The notes under the pieces were generated by a model. The model searched no databases and had not been told where the DNA came from. It saw nothing but the letters and a program-made list of their open reading frames with translations. Position numbers and translations under genes: made by a program. A stretch of 63,589 bases of DNA, the filler included. It is 7 parts of 7 records of this genome, joined end to end, with 100 filler letters (N's around TTAATTAATTAA, not from the genome) between each part and the next. Parts side by side here need not be neighbours in the genome. Positions count along the whole stretch, not along the records: positions 17,722 to 30,170 come from SRR31156797_17456; 6 more parts are not named here. One strand, 5' to 3'. Positions 20,566-30,170 of this stretch are shown here, piece after piece. Within the stretch, counting starts at the first letter, position 1. Each line of letters opens with the position of its first letter.

Positions 20566-21099
20566 TTAAATTATACTTATTTTAATCCATTTAAGTTCGG
20601 GATTATCAGGATACAATTGTTCGGTTGTTGAGTTGTCTTCATCTATTATTTCTGCAGCCTCATCTTCCGAATCAACCTTCATCTCGAAGGGATTCTCGCC
20701 TGCAACCTCATACCTGAGAAAAAGTCTTCCACCTTCTGCCATGAGAAGTTTAACGTAATCCTTTTCAAAGAACTGGCTACCAAGCTCATGATTTTTCTGG
20801 CTTTCAGCAGCCCAGGAAGTAACTACAGTTTCAGATGCAAAGGAAGCATCAATACCTTCATTTCCCAGCAAGATTTGTTGCTCGTTCTGCAGGTTCGTAT
20901 TTATATTCCCGTTTATTTCATAAGAGTAAGATGGCTCTCCTTGCATAATATTTTCTGAAAGCAGTAAGGTGCTTTCTGCAGCCTCATTATCGTCAGCTTC
21001 TGCTTTAACCAGAGAGTGCAGCATCCTTGTGAACGTAGTTTCTTTATCCCGTTCTTCAAGGCTTGATCGTTCAAGGTGCTGTGTCCAGATATTCTTCAT
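20566..21099 (-). CDS. Acidic hypothetical protein
   Basis: Long co-directional ORF within the operon. ATG 21099 (track TTG 21108). No recognised family. Confidence 0.6.
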   Translation of the reverse strand: MKNIWTQHLERSSLEERDKETTFTRMLHSLVKAEADDNEAAESTLLLSENIMQGEPSYSYEINGNINTNLQNEQQILLGNEGIDASFASETVVTSWAAESQKNHELGSQFFEKDYVKLLMAEGGRLFLRYEVAGENPFEMKVDSEDEAAEIIDEDNSTTEQLYPDNPELKWIKISII

Positions 21100-21138
21100 A
21101 AAGTTCAACCGTCTAAGTTTATTTTCCTATTAGCAAAG

Positions 21139-21789
21139 TCATCCAAGCATATTTCTGATGGAGTCTTGCAGTTTTTCAAGTGAAGGTGAGTCAAGCAAAA
21201 GGAACATGTCTCCGTAGATTGTTCCGGCCCCGACATCTTTTTCCGATGAGTAAACCATAAACATCGTTTCAATATTCAGTATTTTACTGGGTTCAGTCTC
21301 CATTCTGGATATTCCTTTGTCAAGTATATCCTTAATGTAGCCTATACTGATGTCAGGTACAGAGTGAAGTATTTGCAGACCCAGGAAAGATGATAGTGAA
21401 TGAAGATATGATCCTGCGATAATGTTCCCTGTTTCAAGGAGTGCTGATTCATGGAGGCTGGGGTCATCATCATGCTCAAATCCCTGCAACAGCATATTGC
21501 TCAGGTATACAGCATTTCCAAACTCAAACATTAGCATTGCAAGACCATTAATATCACCGCGGAGCGGAATCATAATGCCTGTCATTGTTATTGATTCAGG
21601 TATCATATCAATGATGGCAGAAGGTTCAAATAAGCGGGCATCAGAAAGATTTAACTGGACCCTCTTTTCAATGAGTTTAGACAGGGAAGTGGTTGCATTT
21701 CCCATTCCAATGCTTCCGATCTCTTTGAAAGCATCAATTAAAAAATTGTCCAGTTCCTGTTCCATTACTTTCTCTCCTGTATCACTCAA
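21139..21789 (-). CDS. cheC: CheC-family CheY-P phosphatase (paralog 4 in transcription order)
   Basis: DAFKEIGSIGMGNATTSLS and SALLETGNIIAGSY segments. Confidence 0.9.
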   Translation of the reverse strand: MSDTGEKVMEQELDNFLIDAFKEIGSIGMGNATTSLSKLIEKRVQLNLSDARLFEPSAIIDMIPESITMTGIMIPLRGDINGLAMLMFEFGNAVYLSNMLLQGFEHDDDPSLHESALLETGNIIAGSYLHSLSSFLGLQILHSVPDISIGYIKDILDKGISRMETEPSKILNIETMFMVYSSEKDVGAGTIYGDMFLLLDSPSLEKLQDSIRNMLG

Positions 21790-22789
21790 GTATTACTTCT
21801 TCCGGATCCTGTTCCATATAGAACTTCTCTCCGACGTAGAAACGAATGTATTCTTCTTTTCCACCTTTCATTAAGCGAATCTTTGTGCCTTCTTCTTCTG
21901 CAATGTTCAGGAATAGTCCTTCGAATCTTGATACAACCTGTTCATCATGCGCAGTGTTGTTGATCATTCCCACAAGCAGAAGTTCATTTGCAGCAAATCT
22001 TTCAGCCATTTCAGATATGAACTGGTAGGTTTTTTGCTCTCCTTCTGTAACAAGTAGCTGGCTGATTGGTTCAAAAACAACTGCACAACCCTCGGGAAGC
22101 TTACTCGTAAGTTCAAAGAATTTATCAAGTTCATCAATGGGTAATTTAATTATTCCTTCTTCATTGCTAACCTGCTCGCTTGTAGATGATATTTCGATGA
22201 ATTTCATTGCACCGATATCCATGAGATCACCTATTTTTTCCTTGTACATTGCAGTACGTGGCTGGGTTGAAACAAGTACAGTGTTAACCATTTCCCCGTA
22301 CAGGCGCAGGCAGATCTCTATAACAGAATCCTCGTATCTTGTTTTTGGTGTGTACTCTATCAGGGTAGATCTGCTAAGAAGGGTTGATATTTGCTCAACT
22401 TCTGAAATATTATCATTTTCCACCTCTGAGCTTGTAAATACCATTCCTTCAATAAGAAAATCACCAAGTTTTTCCCTTGGAATTGTCTTGAATGCCTGAT
22501 ACATCATGACTCCGGCTGCAGCAAAAACACTGATGTAGACTGCGCCCCAGAAACCCATGAATAGTAATATGGTTTCAGTTATGTCGGCATCCTGTGAACT
22601 TATCGCAATAGATGGGAAAATTGCCGTTGTAATAAGGAAGATTGCTGTAAGTGCAAGAAGTAACCAGGCTATAGAGCCTTTTTTTGTTTCAAAATATACT
22701 TTTACCCAGAAGTATATAGCTGCTAATCCACATGCCATCGATATGGATACAAAAATGATGTGTATTATTGTTATGTCCGGAGTTAACAT
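21782..22789 (-). CDS. Membrane protein: about 3 N-terminal TM helices plus inactivated KaiC/RecA-like (DUF835-like) domain
   Basis: Hydrophobic N-terminal ~100 aa. C-terminal TLIEY..., VLVST, AVVFEPISQLL, MINNTAHD..V.RFEGLF pattern with no GxxGxGKT. Confidence 0.6.
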   Translation of the reverse strand: MLTPDITIIHIIFVSISMACGLAAIYFWVKVYFETKKGSIAWLLLALTAIFLITTAIFPSIAISSQDADITETILLFMGFWGAVYISVFAAAGVMMYQAFKTIPREKLGDFLIEGMVFTSSEVENDNISEVEQISTLLSRSTLIEYTPKTRYEDSVIEICLRLYGEMVNTVLVSTQPRTAMYKEKIGDLMDIGAMKFIEISSTSEQVSNEEGIIKLPIDELDKFFELTSKLPEGCAVVFEPISQLLVTEGEQKTYQFISEMAERFAANELLLVGMINNTAHDEQVVSRFEGLFLNIAEEEGTKIRLMKGGKEEYIRFYVGEKFYMEQDPEEVILE

Positions 22790-22843
22790 CCTTCTGCCAC
22801 CTGCAATTGTCCTTAGTATATTATATTACTCTGTATTTATATA

Positions 22844-23317
22844 TTAGTATGTTTTAATTCCTTTGCGTGCACTCTTGACAGTAAGTTCTCCGTTTTCTGT
22901 GTCAAGTATTATAGTACGTCCGTAATTCTGTCCTGTATCTTCTGCAATTATGGGAATTTTAAGTTCTTTCAATGACTTTTTTGTGGCAGCTATATTTCGT
23001 TCGCCAACGTTAAGTTTTGTGTCGGTATTAAATGAGAACATACTTGCACCACCTGCGATCTTTGCAGTAATCCTTAATTTGTGTGCACCTTCATCTACCA
23101 TGGTATCGCGAAGGTCCGGTATTCCTGTGTCTGCAAATTTAGCAAGATTGTCTTTTGATCGCGCCTGTTCAATACTCGGGAGCATAATATGTACCATCCC
23201 GCCAACGCCTGTGCTTTTATCATATAGCGAGATACCTACGCATGAACCCAGTCCAAGGGTTGTGAGCTTCTCAGGCTTCTTCGCCGTCGCACTATCAGCC
23301 ATTCCCACGATTATCAT
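22844..23317 (-). CDS. cheD: Chemoreceptor glutamine deamidase CheD
   Basis: LTTLGLGSCVG, GGMVHIMLP, KFADTG, AKIAGGA.MF, VGERN, AEDTG..YGRT. Confidence 0.97.
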   Translation of the reverse strand: MIIVGMADSATAKKPEKLTTLGLGSCVGISLYDKSTGVGGMVHIMLPSIEQARSKDNLAKFADTGIPDLRDTMVDEGAHKLRITAKIAGGASMFSFNTDTKLNVGERNIAATKKSLKELKIPIIAEDTGQNYGRTIILDTENGELTVKSARKGIKTY

Positions 23318-23319
23318 GT

Positions 23320-23934
23320 TTATCTCGTACGCATTTCTTCAATCCTTCCAAGTATGGTCTGTAATGATGCCGAGTCAAGCATCATATACATATCACCGCT
23401 TAGACTATGATATGCATCTTCTCCCATAACCTCAAAGAGCGTTGTTAGGCCAAACACATGCTCCATTTTTCCGTTAATGTGTTGCTTTGCCTTTGCAAAT
23501 ATTTCATCGTTAGTACCTTCTGATATCTTAGGTAACGCTGGTACTATCGAGAGATTCAGGAATTTTGCAAGAGCATTATAATAGCTTCCTGCAAGGATAT
23601 TTGAAACTTCAACAAAGGCTGATCTTTTCAAATATTCGTCATCTTCAGAGTTACTTCCTTCAAGCAGCATTTCAGAGAGCACTTCAGTATGTTGCTTTCT
23701 GACAATGAGAATAAATCCTCCATTCATATCTCCCATCACTCTGACAATGGAACCAACCCTGTCAGTCTGAATGTCCTTGCTAATGTCATTCGCGTCAAGT
23801 AATGTAAGGGCTGAACTGCTTACATTCACCGTCTTGTTAACAAGTTGTGAAAGGGCAGTTGTTGCATTTCCCATTCCTATGTTTCCCACTTCATTCAGTG
23901 CATCATAATAGAATTTATCCAGTACAATATTCAT
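23320..23934 (-). CDS. cheC: CheC-family phosphatase (paralog 3)
   Basis: DALNEVGNIGMG and SAFVEVSNILAG, both ExxN sites intact. Confidence 0.92.
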   Translation of the reverse strand: MNIVLDKFYYDALNEVGNIGMGNATTALSQLVNKTVNVSSSALTLLDANDISKDIQTDRVGSIVRVMGDMNGGFILIVRKQHTEVLSEMLLEGSNSEDDEYLKRSAFVEVSNILAGSYYNALAKFLNLSIVPALPKISEGTNDEIFAKAKQHINGKMEHVFGLTTLFEVMGEDAYHSLSGDMYMMLDSASLQTILGRIEEMRTR

Positions 23935-23948
23935 CCTTCTCCCTCCTT

Positions 23949-24563
23949 TTAGATCATCATATCAATTTTCTCGAGTATACTGTCCATAGAATCAGGATCG
24001 AATAATGTCAGGAATATTCCATCCATTTCATGTCCTCCGATTGTGAACAAAGTGTCAAAAAGCAGTGCGTTTTCAGCTTTCTGACTCATCTCAATGAGTA
24101 TATGATCAATAATAGCTCCTAGCATGTCAAATGTCTGCATTGGCGGTGATAATTTCATATTGAGTCCGAGGAAATCAGAAAGTGAACTGACATATGAACC
24201 TGCAAGTATATTGCCAAGCTCTTCTAGAAGGGACTGGTTAAGTGGGTCCAGAATATCAACATCTTCCTGTCCTGTAATAGTTGTGCAAACAGTCTTGGCA
24301 GATTCTTCGGAAAGCATCATCATTATGTATCCGTCTATATCTCCTGCTACCTGCATAATGACAGCTGACACAATTGTATCAGCTCCTCCTGCAATTTCAG
24401 GTACCTTTTCTATCAGTTCGACTTTAAGTCCTGGAACCTCTATTTTGACCTCCTTTGAGATCATTTTTGAAAGGGAAGTGACAGCATTGCCAATGCCTAT
24501 GTTAACAACTTCTCTTAACGCACTGATCTGTATTTCACTTAGATCTTCAATATTGTACTTCAT
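23949..24563 (-). CDS. cheC: CheC-family phosphatase (paralog 2)
   Basis: SALREVVNIGIG and SLLEELGNILAG, both ExxN sites intact. Confidence 0.95.
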   Translation of the reverse strand: MKYNIEDLSEIQISALREVVNIGIGNAVTSLSKMISKEVKIEVPGLKVELIEKVPEIAGGADTIVSAVIMQVAGDIDGYIMMMLSEESAKTVCTTITGQEDVDILDPLNQSLLEELGNILAGSYVSSLSDFLGLNMKLSPPMQTFDMLGAIIDHILIEMSQKAENALLFDTLFTIGGHEMDGIFLTLFDPDSMDSILEKIDMMI

Positions 24564-24618
24564 GTGTTAACTCCTTGATTGCATATTGATACTGGCACTT
24601 CTGAGAAAGTACCAGATG

Positions 24619-25440
24619 TTATTTCTGGTATATTCTCTCCTTGGAATTATATGCTTTAAAAGTATTTTTGGAAGGACCAAGTAATGTTTCGGTTTTACCC
24701 ATTATAAAGAAACCATCTTTGGAAAGGGCATCATAGAAATTTACATAGAGTTTTTCCTGCAGTTCTTTCTGGAAGTATATTGTGACGTTTCTACAGAAAA
24801 TCGCATCAAATCCACTCATTTTAGGTCCTGTTATTAAGTCCTGTTTCTTGAACTGGGTTACTTTTTTCAGTTCGTCATTGATGAAATAATTGTCACCCTG
24901 TTTTGTAAAATACTTGCTCAAAAAAGCAGGTCTCACATCCTTCATTTCAATACTGGAGTAAACGCCTTTTTGTGCTTTTAAAAGACTCTCTTTGTCAATA
25001 TCTGTACCTGTTATTTTGATATTGTATTTATTGAAGTCTTTACCCAAAAGGTGGTTCAATAACATTGCAATTGAGTATGCTTCAACACCAATGGAGCATC
25101 CTGCACTCCAGATGCGTATAGACCTAAGTCCGGTGTTTTTTGCTTTGATTATGGCAGGAAGTATCTCTTTTTCCACAATGTCATAGACTTCAGGATTCCT
25201 GAAGAAATTGGTGACATTCACAGTCAGTGTTTCCATAAGCTCCGGCCATTCATCCCGTTTGCTCTGAAGGCAATTAACATATTCCTGATACGTTTTTGAA
25301 TCAGTTGCACGTAATCTTACATCGAGTCTTCTTTTAAAGTGTGCGTCCTTATATTGCTCACAATTAAATCCAAGTTTCTGATGTATCATTTTTTTAAGTG
25401 TCTCATAACCTTCATCTTTTTTTTGTATCGTCTCAAGCAT
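24619..25440 (-). CDS. cheR: Chemotaxis methyltransferase CheR
   Basis: LTVNVTNFFRN, IWSAGCS.G.EAYS, GTDID, FDAIFCRNV.IYF, G.TETL. Confidence 0.97.
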   Translation of the reverse strand: MLETIQKKDEGYETLKKMIHQKLGFNCEQYKDAHFKRRLDVRLRATDSKTYQEYVNCLQSKRDEWPELMETLTVNVTNFFRNPEVYDIVEKEILPAIIKAKNTGLRSIRIWSAGCSIGVEAYSIAMLLNHLLGKDFNKYNIKITGTDIDKESLLKAQKGVYSSIEMKDVRPAFLSKYFTKQGDNYFINDELKKVTQFKKQDLITGPKMSGFDAIFCRNVTIYFQKELQEKLYVNFYDALSKDGFFIMGKTETLLGPSKNTFKAYNSKERIYQK

Positions 25441-25443
25441 TTT

Positions 25444-27564
25444 TTATCCCTCTACAAATTCGATAGTTACATTATTTCCATCTCTCAGTGGGGTTGTGAA
25501 TCTGGCAGGAACGTTGTTTACAAGAAGTCTCATGCTCTTGCCAACAAGTTCCTCCTTTTTAATACTCATAAATTCAAAAAGATCAGAAAGAATAGGATCA
25601 GCTTCATCTCCATTCTTATAATTAACAGTATCTCCATCGTTTATTTTAGCAGAAAGGTCAGTCTTTTTCCCGTTTAGGGTGATGTGGGGCATTGTGCCGT
25701 CAAATAGTACTTCTTTACCGTTGAGGATTATAGTTATTTTTTTACCATCTTCCGGTTTTCCAAGGATATCTTTGAGTCTGTACTCAAATTCGCTTTCCTC
25801 AATGTCAATTGAATCGCCTTCTTCTATAAAATGAGTAGAAAGTATTGAAGTGTCTGCAACTCTGTCATTAAGCTTAACGACATATTTTGTGCTGTCAAAA
25901 TATTGTATACGATTATTGACTTTAATGCTTATTTTCTCTGCCTTTTCAGGGCTTGTTTCTCTTTTCCAGATGTCTTGCAGGCTGACATTTCTGATTTCTA
26001 CCTGTGCCCTGTCAGGAACCCTGTCATCCAGAGATGCATCCTTGCCATTTATTTTGATAAAAGGACTTTGTTCTGTGTCCTTGCCATTAACAGTTATTTT
26101 CAGTTTCGTCCGGATGTCCAATTTTCCGGCCAGATCCCTGACCTTTGCACTTGCATCTTTTCCGTCAACAGGCGCTGTGAAATTAATAACTGCACCTTTA
26201 TGAACAGGATCTCCAATGTTTCCTTTTTTCCCGTCAATAGTTATTTTTGCATGTTCTCCCATCTGCCCTTCGATGGTCATGAACTGCGAATTAACATGGA
26301 TGCTTAGTGCCATACCAGGACGTGGATAGAGGCGCTTTATTTTGGAAGCAACAAGTGCATCCATAATCGAGAGTCCGTTCACATCCATAAGATGTATCTC
26401 TGAATCGTTCACTGTAACATCTATAAATTCAATACCTTCTTTTAGAACTCCCATTCTGGCAATTCCAAGAGGTGTTATCATATCTGCTCCGTTAATCATG
26501 CCGGTGCTATCTGAAAAACCTTCGACTTGCTTAGGAAGACGTGATCCTATCCTTTGTTTTGGCAGGTCAAGGTGTTTGGAAATATGTTCTTTAAGTCCGA
26601 ATGTCTGTGATCCACCACCCACAAGAACAACGGCTCTTGGAACTTTTCCGTTGAGGTTCCGTATCTCTTCTACGATATGAAGCGCCAGCTTATCGATCTC
26701 ATCTTCAATATCACTTATAACCTGGCTTACAGGAATCTCAGTGACCATTCCAAAGATATCTTCCATTTCGATTGTCTCTTTGCTGGTCAGTGATTGTTTG
26801 ATCATTTCTCCCTTTTTAAAATCCACTAGATAATGATCACAAATAAAATCCGTAATTTCGTCTCCTGCCTCTGGTACCATTCCATAGCCAATAACTGTCC
26901 CATCATCGGTGATCGCTATGTCTGATGTACCTGCCCCGATATCCACAAGTGTGATGTTAAGCTTGCGCATATCGGCAGGTATTGCAACGTTTAGTGCTGC
27001 AATAGGTTCCAGCGTTACACTGGATGCTTCAAGTCCGCATCTGTCCAGGACAGCAAACATGCTGTTGATGACAGCATCAGGAAGGAATGTTGCAAGTACT
27101 TCTACTGAGATGGAGTTTCCTTTCTGGCCTATAATATTTGCTATTCTCTGGCAATCAAGTTCGTAACTTATAATTGAATATCCTACGCAATTGAATCCTT
27201 CGTTTATTCCAAGTTCATTACCTGCCCTTGCAACAGCTTCGAATTCAAGTTCAGAAATATCTCGTTTAGTTATTTGTCTGTAAGGAATTTCCAGTGAAAG
27301 CTTTGCTTTTGATGTTTTCAGTGCTCTTCCTGCAACAGCAACTGAAACCTGTGATAATTTGTGCCCAATTTGATCTTCCAGTTCTTTTTTGACTGTATCG
27401 ACAACGCTGGCTACTTTTTCAATATCATGTATCTGCCCGTCCTGCATGCTCCTTTCGCCATGCTCACGTATACATGCGGCCTTGATGTTGAGTTGCTCAT
27501 TTTCTGTAATGAGCCCAACAACAGTTCTAGTTCCTATATCCAGCGCAAAGTGGGCATTATTCAT
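25444..27564 (-). CDS. FtsA-like actin-superfamily ATPase with C-terminal beta-grasp (ThiS/MoaD-like) repeats
   Basis: Phosphate-1 ALDIGTRTV, connect-1 TLEPIAA, phosphate-2 LVDIGAGTSD, adenosine VVLVGGGSQ. About 320-aa tail of (V/I/L)NG/N...L..GD.V.I repeats. Confidence 0.85.
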   Translation of the reverse strand: MNNAHFALDIGTRTVVGLITENEQLNIKAACIREHGERSMQDGQIHDIEKVASVVDTVKKELEDQIGHKLSQVSVAVAGRALKTSKAKLSLEIPYRQITKRDISELEFEAVARAGNELGINEGFNCVGYSIISYELDCQRIANIIGQKGNSISVEVLATFLPDAVINSMFAVLDRCGLEASSVTLEPIAALNVAIPADMRKLNITLVDIGAGTSDIAITDDGTVIGYGMVPEAGDEITDFICDHYLVDFKKGEMIKQSLTSKETIEMEDIFGMVTEIPVSQVISDIEDEIDKLALHIVEEIRNLNGKVPRAVVLVGGGSQTFGLKEHISKHLDLPKQRIGSRLPKQVEGFSDSTGMINGADMITPLGIARMGVLKEGIEFIDVTVNDSEIHLMDVNGLSIMDALVASKIKRLYPRPGMALSIHVNSQFMTIEGQMGEHAKITIDGKKGNIGDPVHKGAVINFTAPVDGKDASAKVRDLAGKLDIRTKLKITVNGKDTEQSPFIKINGKDASLDDRVPDRAQVEIRNVSLQDIWKRETSPEKAEKISIKVNNRIQYFDSTKYVVKLNDRVADTSILSTHFIEEGDSIDIEESEFEYRLKDILGKPEDGKKITIILNGKEVLFDGTMPHITLNGKKTDLSAKINDGDTVNYKNGDEADPILSDLFEFMSIKKEELVGKSMRLLVNNVPARFTTPLRDGNNVTIEFVEG

Positions 27565-27565
27565 C

Positions 27566-28183
27566 TTATCCCATCATCTTTTTCATAACAGCTGCCATAA
27601 TTATGTCTGTAGCCCCGGGTTCAAAAAGCATGTTGAATTCATTCTTTGAGTTTGTGGAAGGTATCAGGCATTCTCCTTTCACTACTATGAATTCATCAGC
27701 CAGACTTCCTATTTCATTTCTGATGAAATCACCCACTCCTTCCATGTTTACCTCAATGCTTGGGTCTCCTATAGTCAGGTTAATTCCAAGGAATTCATTG
27801 ACAACACGCATGTAAGAGCTGCAGAGATTAAGTCCCATCTCCCTGAGTTTTCTGACCTGTGGTTCTTCTATTTTAGTTGTTGAACCAATTGACTTTTTCA
27901 TTAATAGATCGGAAAAAGAAAATGCAGAGTATTTTGGAAGCAGTATAAGTGTTCCACCAGTGACATCGCCTGACATATGCAAGTGTATTCCAACCACACT
28001 TTTGTTTTTTCCTTCTACATCACTCTTTGCAATTATTTCGTCCAGAGTAAGCATTTCCACAGTAGGTATGTCTATTTTCACATCCCTGCTAACCATTTTT
28101 GAAAGTGAAGTTGCCAGATGGCCCATTCCAATATTTGCTGCTTCTTGAAATGCTCCCTTTGCCATTTCATCTATTTCTGCCAT
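27566..28183 (-). CDS. cheC: CheC-family protein (paralog 1)
   Basis: GAFQEAANIGMGHLATSLS. Second site degenerate (REMGLNL). Confidence 0.85.
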   Translation of the reverse strand: MAEIDEMAKGAFQEAANIGMGHLATSLSKMVSRDVKIDIPTVEMLTLDEIIAKSDVEGKNKSVVGIHLHMSGDVTGGTLILLPKYSAFSFSDLLMKKSIGSTTKIEEPQVRKLREMGLNLCSSYMRVVNEFLGINLTIGDPSIEVNMEGVGDFIRNEIGSLADEFIVVKGECLIPSTNSKNEFNMLFEPGATDIIMAAVMKKMMG

Positions 28184-28200
28184 GTTATTCCCTCGTGTAT

Positions 28201-30170
28201 TTAGATCAATGTAGCAATATCCAGGATTAGTGCGACACTTCCATCTCCCAGAATAGTTGCACCTGCAAATCCTTTTGAATTCTTTAAAATTTTATTGTCT
28301 AAAGTTTTGATAATCACTTCTTGTTGTCCAAGAAGGTCGTCAACTACCAGACCGATATTTGTTCCCATTTTTTCGACAACAACAACAATCAGGTTCTCTT
28401 TTTCTTCTATCTCTGCAGGACAGTCAAGTACGTCATGCAATCTCAAAAGTGGAAGAACTTCGCCTCTTAGCATGATTACTTCTTTGCCTTCTATGGTCTT
28501 GATGTCACTGGCTTTAATTCCTACATCACGGATGACATTGCCAAGTGGAACTGCATATGTTTCATCTGCAACGGTAACCATCAGAGATTGGATGATGGCT
28601 ACAGTAAGTGGTAGCTGAAGCTTCATGATGCTGCCCTGGCCTGGTACTGAAGTGATCTTTACACTCCCTCCGAGGGCCTCTATCTTTGTTTTGACAGCAT
28701 CCATACCTACACCTCTTCCGGAGATGTCAGTGACTACCTTTGCTCCGCTAAAGCCTGACATGAAAATAAGGTTCAGTGCATCTGCATCAGAAAGTTTGTC
28801 AACTTCTTCCCTGGTCAGAATTCCCTTTTTGACAGCTACGTCCCTGAGGTGTGCAGGATCCATTCCTTTACCGTCGTCTTCTACTTCAATAAGGACACTG
28901 TTCCTCTGACGTGATGCAGCCAGCCTAAGCATACCTGCAATCGGTTTTCCGAGATCCTTGCGCTCCTGTTCAGGCTCAATTCCGTGGTCAACTGCATTAC
29001 GTAGCAGGTGAACAAGCGGGTCGCCTATTTCGTCAAGAACTGTCCTGTCAAGTTCGATCTCCTTTCCTTCAATAATGAGGTTGACCTGCTTACCTTCTGA
29101 TTTTGCCAGATCTCTTATCATTCTGGGGAATCTGCTGAATATCTGGTCGATAGGGACCATTCTTGATTCCATAACTTCTGTCTGTATCTCATTTGTGAGA
29201 CGGTCCAGATTTGCCAGTGATTCGTCAAGATCTTTAGCATTCAGATCTGAAGCAAGCTGGTTCAGCCTGATTTTATTAATGATGAGTTCTCCAACAAGGT
29301 TCATCAAATTGTCAAGCCTTTCAATATTGACCCTGACACTTTGTATGCTTTTAACAGTGTCTGATCTTTTAACTCCGGAAGCGCAATTCGTCTGGGTTTC
29401 ACTTTCTGCTGCCTTAGTCTCTTGCATCTCTTCTTTACTTTCTTCAGTAGGTGTTGATTGTGAGATAGTTGTAGGTATAACTTCTTTTATTTCTGAAATT
29501 TTCTTTAATGTGTCTACTATCTCTTCATCATCTGTTTTTGTAGCGAAAATAACAGTGAAATCTAAATCAAATTTCTCATCCTCAAGTTCAGCTTCACCGG
29601 GTTCACATCGGATGATTTCTCCCATCTTGGTTACATTTATAAGTACAAGTGTTGAACGAGCTGATTTAAGTACACAGGAATCATCAAGTATCACTTTTAT
29701 TGATACTGTTCTGTTTCCTTCACTTGCAGCATTTTCAATTAACTGTTTTTCAGACTCAGTAAGTTCAATACAGGTATCAACAGGAATACTCTCTTCTTCT
29801 TCTTCACATGAAGCTTCAATGTCTGTGTTGAGTTCGCTTTCAATTGTGTTTATACTTTCTTCAACAGAAGTTTTTACTTCTTCCATAGGAAGTGTTCCTT
29901 CCATGGCTTTTGAAAGTGTAGCCTGAAGAGGGCTTATATCAAGTTCTTCTCCATTGTCCACGGTTTCTACAAGTGCTTCAAGTGTATCAAGACACTCAAA
30001 AAGAATATCTATGAGTCCATTACTTACTGCCACCTGTGACTTTCTAACCATGTCCATCAGGTTTTCCATCTCATGTGTTAGTTCAGCAATAGTACTGAAT
30101 CCCATTGTTGCTGACATCCCTTTCAATGTATGGGCTGAACGGAACATAGTGTTGATATATTCCAGTTCAT
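28201..30170 (-). CDS. cheA: Chemotaxis histidine kinase CheA, 5'-truncated by contig end
   Basis: HPt FRSAHTLKG, RLDNLMNLVGEL, HLLRNAVDHGIE, EDDGKG, DISGRGVGMD, CheW-like P5. Frame stays open to 30170 (ELEYINT-MFRS). Confidence 0.98.

Noticed and set aside
25444-27564. Calling this gene canonical cell-division ftsA
   Set aside because: It is about 300 aa too long, has a repeat tail rather than an amphipathic membrane helix, and has no dcw context.
29075-29926. 283-aa plus-strand ORF, and the many other short antisense ORFs in the track
   Set aside because: Shadow frames opposite well-supported genes (here cheA), with no recognisable motifs.
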